DNA of 64,000 bases from Antedon mediterranea (Eukaryota; Animalia; Echinodermata). Position 1 is the stretch's first letter. Each line of letters opens with the position of its first letter. The position numbers were made by a program, and so were the translations under genes. Location of the stretch: contig NC_092671.1 of assembly GCF_964355755.1 (NCBI RefSeq), positions 21,531,317 through 21,595,316 on the forward strand. The letters run 5' to 3'. Under the pieces are notes generated by a model that was not told the DNA's origin, searched no databases, and saw only the letters and a program-made list of their open reading frames with translations. Below, piece by piece: positions 56,250 through 64,000 of this stretch.

Positions 56250-59200
56250 ATAGCTTCAAATCGCATTTGGAGACGTTTTAGACCATTTTGTGATTTTCGA
56301 AAAAACTTGTTAACATAAAAACATCAAAGTGCTAAGAATAGCTTCAAATCGCATTTGGAGACATTTTAGACCAATTAGTGATTTTCGAAAAAACTTGGTT
56401 ACACAAAAACATCAAAGTGGTTAAAATCACATTATAAACCGTTTTAGACCATTTTGAGCATTTCGATAACACTTTTCACACAAAAACATCAAAGTGCTTA
56501 GAATAGCTTCAAATCGCATTTGGAGACGTTTTAGACCATTTTGTGATTTTCGAAAAAAACTTTTTAACATAAAAACACCAAACTTCTAAGAATAGCTTCA
56601 AATCGCATATGGAGACAATTTAGACCATTTCGTGATTTTCGAAAAAACTTGTTAACATAAAAACACCAAAGTGCTAAGAATAGCTTCAAATCGCATATGG
56701 AGACAATTTAGACCATTTTGTGATTTTCGAAAAAACTTGTTAACATAAAAACACCAAAGTGCTTAGAATACCTTCAAATCGCATTTGGAGACGTTTAAGA
56801 CCATTTTGTGATTTTCGAAAAAACTTGTTAACATAAAAACACCAAAGTGCTTAGAATAGCTTCAAATCGCATTTGGAGACGTTTTAGACCAATTTGTGAT
56901 TTTCGAAAAAACTTGGTTACACAAAAACATCAAAGTGGATAAAAGCACATTATAAACCGTTTTAGACCATTTTGAGCATTTCGATAACACATTTCACACA
57001 AAAACATCAAAGAGCACAAAATAGCTTAATATCGTATTTAAAAACGTTTTAAACCATTTTGAGCATTTCGACAAAACTTTTTCACACAAAACACCAAAGT
57101 GTTTAGAAAAGCTTCAAATCGCATTTGGAGACGTTTTAGACCATTTTGGGATTTTCGAAAAAACTTGTTAACATAAAAACACCAAAGTGCTTAGAATACC
57201 TTCAAATCGCATTTGGAGACGTTTTAGACCATTTTGTAATTTTCGAAAAAACTTGTTAACATAAAAACACCAAAGTGCTAAGAATAGCTTCAAATCGCAT
57301 TTGGAGACGTTTTAGACCAATTTGTGATTTTCGAAAAAACTTGGTTACACAAAAACATCAAAGTGCTTAAAATCACATTATAAAACCGTTTTAGACCATT
57401 TTGAGCATTTCGATAACACTTTTCACACAAAAACATCAAAGAGCATAAAATAGGTTAATATCGTATTTAAAAACGTTTTAGACCATTTTGAGCATTTCGA
57501 CAAAACTTTTTCACACAAAACACCAAAGTGTACAGAATAGCTTAATATCGTATTTAAAAACGTTTTAGACCATTTTGTGATTTTCGAAAAAACTTGTTAA
57601 CATAAAAACACCAAAATGTTTAGAATAGCTTCAAATTGCATTTGGAGACGTTTTAGACCATTTTGTGATTTTCGAAAAAACTTGTTAACACAAAAACACC
57701 AAAGTGATTAGAATAGCTTCAAATCGCATTTGGAGACGTTTTAGACCATTTTGTGATTTTCGAAAAAACTTGTTAACATAAAAACACCAAAGTGATTAGA
57801 ATAGCTTCAAATCGCATTTGGAGACGTTTTAGACCATTTTGTGCATTTCGATGAAACTTGGTTACGCAAAAACATCAATGTGCTTAAAATCACATTATAA
57901 ACCGTTTTAGACCATTTTGAGCATATCCATAAAACTTTTTACACAAAACACCAAAGTGCTTAGAATAGCTTCAAATCGCATTTGGAGACGTTTTAGACCA
58001 TTTTGTGATTTTCGACAAAACTTTTTCACACAAAACACCAAAGTGCTTAGAATACCTTCAAATCGCATTTGGAGACGTTTTAGACCATTTTGTGATTTTC
58101 GAAAAAACTTGTTAACATAAAAACATCAAAGTGTACAGAATAGCTTCAAATCGCATTTGGAGACGTTTTAGACCATTTTGTGATTTTCGAAAAAACTTGT
58201 TAACATAAAAACATCAAAGTGCTAAGAATAGCTTCAAATCGCATTTGGAGACATTTTAGACCAATTAGTGATTTTCGAAAAAACTTGGTTACACAAAAAC
58301 ATCAAAGTGGTTAAAATCACATTATAAACCGTTTTAGACCATTTTGAGCATTTCGATAACACTTTTCACACAAAAACATCAAAGTGCTTAGAATAGCTTC
58401 AAATCGCATTTGGAGACGTTTTAGACCATTTTGTGATTTTCGAAAAAAACTTTTTAACATAAAAACACCAAACTTCTAAGAATAGCTTCAAATCGCATAT
58501 GGAGACAATTTAGACCATTTTGTGATTTTCGAAAAAACTTGTTAACATAAAAACACCAAAGTGCTAAGAATAGCTTCAAATCGCATATGGAGACAATTTA
58601 GACCATTTTGTGATTTTCGAAAAAACTTGTTAACATAAAAACACCAAAGTGCTTAGAATACCTTCAAATCGCATTTGGAGACGTTTAAGACCATTTTGTG
58701 ATTTTCGAAAAAACTTGTTAACATAAAAACACCAAAGTGCTTAGAATAGCTTCAAATCGCATTTGGAGACGTTTTAGACCAATTTGTGATTTTCGAAAAA
58801 ACTTGGTTACACAAAAACATCAAAGTGGATAAAAGCACATTATAAACCGTTTTAGACCATTTTGAGCATTTCGATAACACATTTCACACAAAAACATCAA
58901 AGAGCACAAAATAGCTTAATATCGTATTTAAAAACGTTTTAAACCATTTTGAGCATTTCGACAAAACTTTTTCACACAAAACACCAAAGTGTTTAGAAAA
59001 GCTTCAAATCGCATTTGGAGACGTTTTAGACCATTTTGGGATTTTCGAAAAAACTTGTTAACATAAAAACACCAAAGTGCTTAGAATACCTTCAAATCGC
59101 ATTTGGAGACGTTTTAGACCATTTTGTAATTTTCGAAAAAACTTGTTAACATAAAAACACCAAAGTGCTAAGAATAGCTTCAAATCGCATTTGGAGACGT

Positions 59201-60030
59201 TTTAGACCAATTTGTGATTTTCGAAAAAACTTGGTTACACAAAAACATCAAAGTGCTTAAAATCACATTATAAAACCGTTTTAGACCATTTTGAGCATTT
59301 CGATAACACTTTTCACACAAAAACATCAAAGAGCATAAAATAGGTTAATATCGTATTTAAAAACGTTTTAGACCATTTTGAGCATTTCGACAAAACTTTT
59401 TCACACAAAACACCAAAGTGTACAGAATAGCTTAATATCGTATTTAAAAACGTTTTAGACCATTTTGTGATTTTCGAAAAAACTTGTTAACATAAAAACA
59501 CCAAAATGTTTAGAATAGCTTCAAATTGCATTTGGAGACGTTTTAGACCATTTTGTGATTTTCGAAAAAACTTGTTAACACAAAAACACCAAAGTGATTA
59601 GAATAGCTTCAAATCGCATTTGGAGACGTTTTAGACCATTTTGTGATTTTCGAAAAAACTTGTTAACATAAAAACACCAAAGTGATTAGAATAGCTTCAA
59701 ATCGCATTTGGAGACGTTTTAGACCATTTTGTGCATTTCGATGAAACTTGGTTACGCAAAAACATCAATGTGCTTAAAATCACATTATAAACCGTTTTAG
59801 ACCATTTTGAGCATATCCATAAAACTTTTTACACAAAACACCAAAGTGCTTAGAATAGCTTCAAATCGCATTTGGAGACGTTTTAGACCATTTTGTGATT
59901 TTCGACAAAACTTTTTCACACAAAACACCAAAGTGCTTAGAATACCTTCAAATCGCATTTGGAGACGTTTTAGACCATTTTGTGATTTTCGAAAAAACTT
60001 GTTAACATAAAAACATCAAAGTGTACAGAA
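56250..60030 (+). repeat. Local tandem duplication, 1890-bp unit x2
   Basis: Private variants GAGCATAAAATAGGTTAATA (57441/59331), TATAAAACCG, CATCAATG and ATATCCAT, and ORFs 57917/59807, all differ by 1890. Confidence 0.88.
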
Positions 60031-63000
60031 TAGCTTCAAATCGCATTTGGAGACGTTTTAGACCATTTTGTGATTTTCGAAAAAACTTGTTAACATAAAA
60101 ACACCAAAGTGCTTAGAATAGCTTCAAATCGCATTAGGAGACGTTTTAGACCATTTTGTGATTTTCGAAAAAACTTGTTAACATAAAAACACCAAAGTGC
60201 TTAGAATAGCTTCAAATCGCATTTGGAGACGTTTTAGACCATTTTGTGATTTTCGAAAAAACTTGTTAACATAAAAACACCAAAATGTTTAGAATAGCTT
60301 CAAATCGCATTTGGAGACGTTTTAGACCATTTTGTGATTTTCGAAAAAACTTGTTAACACAAAAACACCAAAGTGATTAGAATAGCTTCAAATCGCATTT
60401 GGAGACGTTTTAGACCATTTTGTGCATTTCGATGAAACTTGGTTACGCAAAAACATCAAAGTGCTTAAAATCACATTATAAACCGTTTTAGACCATTTTG
60501 AGCATATCGATAACACTTTTCACACAAAAACATCAAAGAGCACAATATAGCTTAATATCGTATTTAAAAACGTTTTAGACCATTTTGAGCATTTCGACAA
60601 AACTTTTTCACACAAAACACCAAAGTGCTTAGAATAGCTTCAAATCGCATTTGGAGACGTTTTAGACCATTTTGTGATTTTCGAAAAAACTTGTTAACAT
60701 AAAAACATCAAAGTGCTAAGAATAGCTTCAAATCGAATTTGGAGACATTTTAGACCAATTATTGATTTTCGAAAAAACTTGGTTACACAAAAACATCAAA
60801 GTGGTTAAAATCACATTATAAACCGTTTTAGACCATTTTGAGCATTTCGATAACACTTTTCACACAAAAACATCAAAGTGCTTAGAATAGCTTCAAATCA
60901 CATTTGGAGACGTTTTAGACCATTTTGTGATTTTCGAAAAAAACTTTTTAACATAAAAACACCAAACTGCTAAGAATAGCTTCAAATCGCATATGGAGAC
61001 AATTTAGACCATTTTGTGATTTTCGAAAAAACTTGTTAACATAAAAACACCAAAGTGCTTAGAATACCTTCAAATCGCATTTGGAGACATTTTAGACCAT
61101 TTTGTGATTTTCGAAAAAACTTGTTAACATAAAAACATCAAAGTGCTAAGAATAGCTTCCAATCGCATTTGGAGACGTTTTAGACCATTTTGTGATTTTC
61201 GAAAACAACTTGTTAACATAAAAACACCAAAGTGCTTAGAATAGCTTCAAATCGCATTTGGAGACGTTTTAGACCAATTTGTGATTTTCGAAAAAACTTG
61301 GTTACACAAAAACATCAAAGTGGATAAAATCACATTATAACCCGTTTTAGACCATTTTGAGCATATCGATAACACTTTTCACACAAAAACATCAAAGAGC
61401 ACAATATAGCTTAATATCGTATTTAAAAACGTTTTAGACCATTTTGAGCATTTCGACAAAACTTTTTCACACAAAACACCAAAGTGCTTAGAATAGCTTC
61501 AAATCGCATTTGGAGACGTTTTAGACCATTTTGTGATTTTCGAAAAAACTTGTTAACATAAAAACATCAAAGTGCTAAGAATAGCTTCAAATCGCATTTG
61601 GAGACATTTTAGACCAATTAGTGATTTTCGAAAAAACTTGGTTACACAAAAACATCAAAGTGGTTAAAATCACATTGTAAACCGTTTTAGACCATTTTGA
61701 GCATTTCGATAACACTTTTCACACAAAAACATCAAAGTGCTTAGAATAGCTTCAAATCGCATTTGGAGACGTTTTAGACCATTTTGTGATTTTCGAAAAA
61801 AACTTTTTAACATAAAAACACCAAACTGCTAAGAATAGCTTCAAATCGCATATGGAGACAATTTAGACCATTTTGTGATTTTCGAAAAAACTTGTTAACA
61901 TAAAAACACCAAAGTGCTTAGAATACCTTCAAATCGCATTTGGAGACATTTTAGACCATTTTGTGATTTTCGAAAAAACTTGTTAACATAAAAACATCAA
62001 AGTGCTAAGAATAGCTTCCAATCGCATTTGGAGACGTTTTAGACCATTTTGTGATTTTCGAAAACAACTTGTTAACATAAAAACACCAAAGTGCTTAGAA
62101 TAGCTTCAAATCGCATTTGGAGACGTTTTAGACCAATTTGTGATTTTCGAAAAAACTTGGTTACACAAAAACATCAAAGTGGATAAAATCACATTATAAA
62201 CCGTTTTAGACCATTTTGAGCATTTCGATAACACATTTCACACAAAAACATCAAAGAGCACAAAATAGCTTAATATCGTATTTAAAAACGTTTTAAACCA
62301 TTTTGAGCATTTCGACAAAACTTTTTCACACAAAACACCAAAGTGTACAGAATAGCTTCAAATCGCATTTGGAGACGTTTTAGACCATTTTGTGATTTTC
62401 GAAAAAACTTGTTAATATAAAAACACCAAAGTACTTAGAATAGCTTCAAATCGCATTTGGAGACGTTGTAGACCATTTTGTGATTTTCGAAAAAACTTGT
62501 TAACATAAAAACACCAAAGTTTACAGAATAGCTTCAAATCGCATTTGGAGACGTTTTAGACAATTTTGTGCATTTCGATGAAACTTGGTTACACAAAAAC
62601 ATCAAAGTGCTTAAAATCACATTATAAACCGTTTTAGACCATTTGAGCATTTCCATAACACTTTTCACACAAAAACATCAAAGGGCACAATATAGCTTAA
62701 TATCCTATTTAAAAACGTTTTAGACCATTTTGAGCATTTCGACAAAACTTTTTCACACAAAACACCAAAGTGCTTAGAATACCTTCAAATCGCATTTGGA
62801 GACGTTTTAGACCATTTTGTGATTTTCGAAAAAACTTGTTAACATAAAAACACCAAAGTGCTTAGAATAGCTTCAAATCGCATTTGGAGACGTTTTAGAC
62901 CATTTTGTGATTTTCGAAAAAACTTGTTAACATAAAAACACCAAAGTGTTTAGAAAAGCTTCAAATCGCATTTGGAGACGTTTTAGACCATTTTGTGATT

Positions 63001-64000
63001 TTCGAAAAAACTTGTTAACATAAAAACACCAAAGTGTTTAGAAAAGCTTCAAATCGCATTTGGAGACGTTTTAGACCATTTTGGGATTTTCGAAAAAACT
63101 TGTTAACATAAAAACACCAAAGTGCTTAGAATAGCTTCAAATCGCATTTGGAGACGTTTTAGACCATTTTGTAATTTTCAAAAAAACTTGTTAACATAAA
63201 AACACCAAAGTTCTTAGAATAGCTTCAAATCGCATTTGGAGACGTTTTAGACCATTTTGTGCATTTCGATGAAACTTGGTTACACAAAAACATCAAAGTG
63301 CTTAAAATCACATTATAAACCGTTTTAGACCATTTGAGCATTTCGATAACACTTTTCACACAAAAACATCAAAGGGCACAATATAGCTTAATATCCTATT
63401 TAAAAACGTTTTAGACCATTTTGAGCATTTCGACAAAACTTTTTCACACAAAACACCAAAGTGCTTAGAATACCTTCAAATCGCATTTGGAGACGTTTTA
63501 GACAATTTTGTGATTTTCGAAAAAACTTGTTAACATAAAAACATCAAAGTTTACAGAATAGCTTCAAATCGCATTTGGAGACGTTTTAGACAATTTTGTG
63601 ATTTTCGAAAAAACTTGTTAACATAAAAACACCAAAGTGCTTAGAATAGCTTCAAATCGCATTGGGAGACGTTTTAGACCATTTTGTGATTTTCGAAAAA
63701 ACTTGTTAACATAAAAACATCAAAGTGTACAGAATAGCTTCAAATCGCATTTGGAGACGTTTTAGACCATTTTGTGATTTTCGAAAAAACTTGTTAACAT
63801 AAAAACACCAAAGTGCTTAGAATAGCTTCAAATCGCATTTGGAGACGTTTTAAACCATTTTGTGATTTTCGAAAAAACTTGTTAACATAAAAACACCAAA
63901 ATGTTTAGAATAGCTTCAAATCGCATTTGGAGACGTTTTAGACCATTTTGTGATTTTCGAAAAAACTTGTTAACACAAAAACACCAAAGTGATTAGAATA

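Larger units (their letters stand above)
4450..57140 (+). repeat. Large segmental repeat with about 33.7-kb offset (about 4450-23460 matches about 38200-57140)
   Basis: Offset 33753 for 5248/39001 through 14417/48170, then 33679 for 18976/52655 and 20622/54301. The 74-bp change equals the 6-bp plus 68-bp deletions seen near 49886 and 52631. The right-hand part is mosaic and boundaries are approximate. Confidence 0.82.
1..64000 (+). repeat. Tandem satellite DNA array, 88-bp AT-rich monomer with 77-bp and 87-bp variant monomers; runs off both window ends
   Basis: CACCAAAG recurs at 1923 and 2011 (period 88). The same consensus is readable from base 1 to 64000 in one orientation, interrupted only by three 357-bp insertions. 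The consensus has 28/88 G+C. Confidence 0.99.

Noticed and set aside
1628-60010. 23 near-identical 67-aa ORFs (MSISITLFTQN...)
   Set aside because: They start at TTG inside a B monomer and stay open only because an 87-bp monomer preserves frame. The peptide is simply translated satellite, with no gene context.
1-64000. CRISPR array or other repeat-spacer system
   Set aside because: There are no unique spacers, since the entire monomer is repeated, and no cas genes or leader.

Overview
The whole 64 kb window is a eukaryotic head-to-tail tandem satellite array. The consensus monomer is 88 bp and about 32% GC: CACCAAAGTGCTTAGAATAGCTTCAAATCGCATTTGGAGACGTTTTAGACCATTTTGTGATTTTCGAAAAAACTTGTTAACATAAAAA. 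There are roughly 720-730 monomers, all in one orientation as far as I can see. Two diverged monomer classes (about 77 bp 'B' and 87 bp 'C') punctuate the array, which has nested higher-order repeats at about 0.86, 1.9, 2.2, 15-18 and 33.7 kb. The only non-satellite DNA is three apparently identical copies of a 353-bp tRNA-derived SINE (8256-8608, 26724-27076, 42009-42361). It has Pol III A and B boxes, a central domain resembling the Deu/Nin SINE core, a hairpin-rich body and an (AAAT)n tail. All three copies sit at the same monomer position with the same flanks, so one insertion was amplified with the satellite, and matching empty sites are present in the window. No credible protein-coding gene is present; all ORFs in the track are repeat by-products. 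An animal (probably invertebrate) centromeric or pericentromeric origin is an inference, not something the sequence proves.
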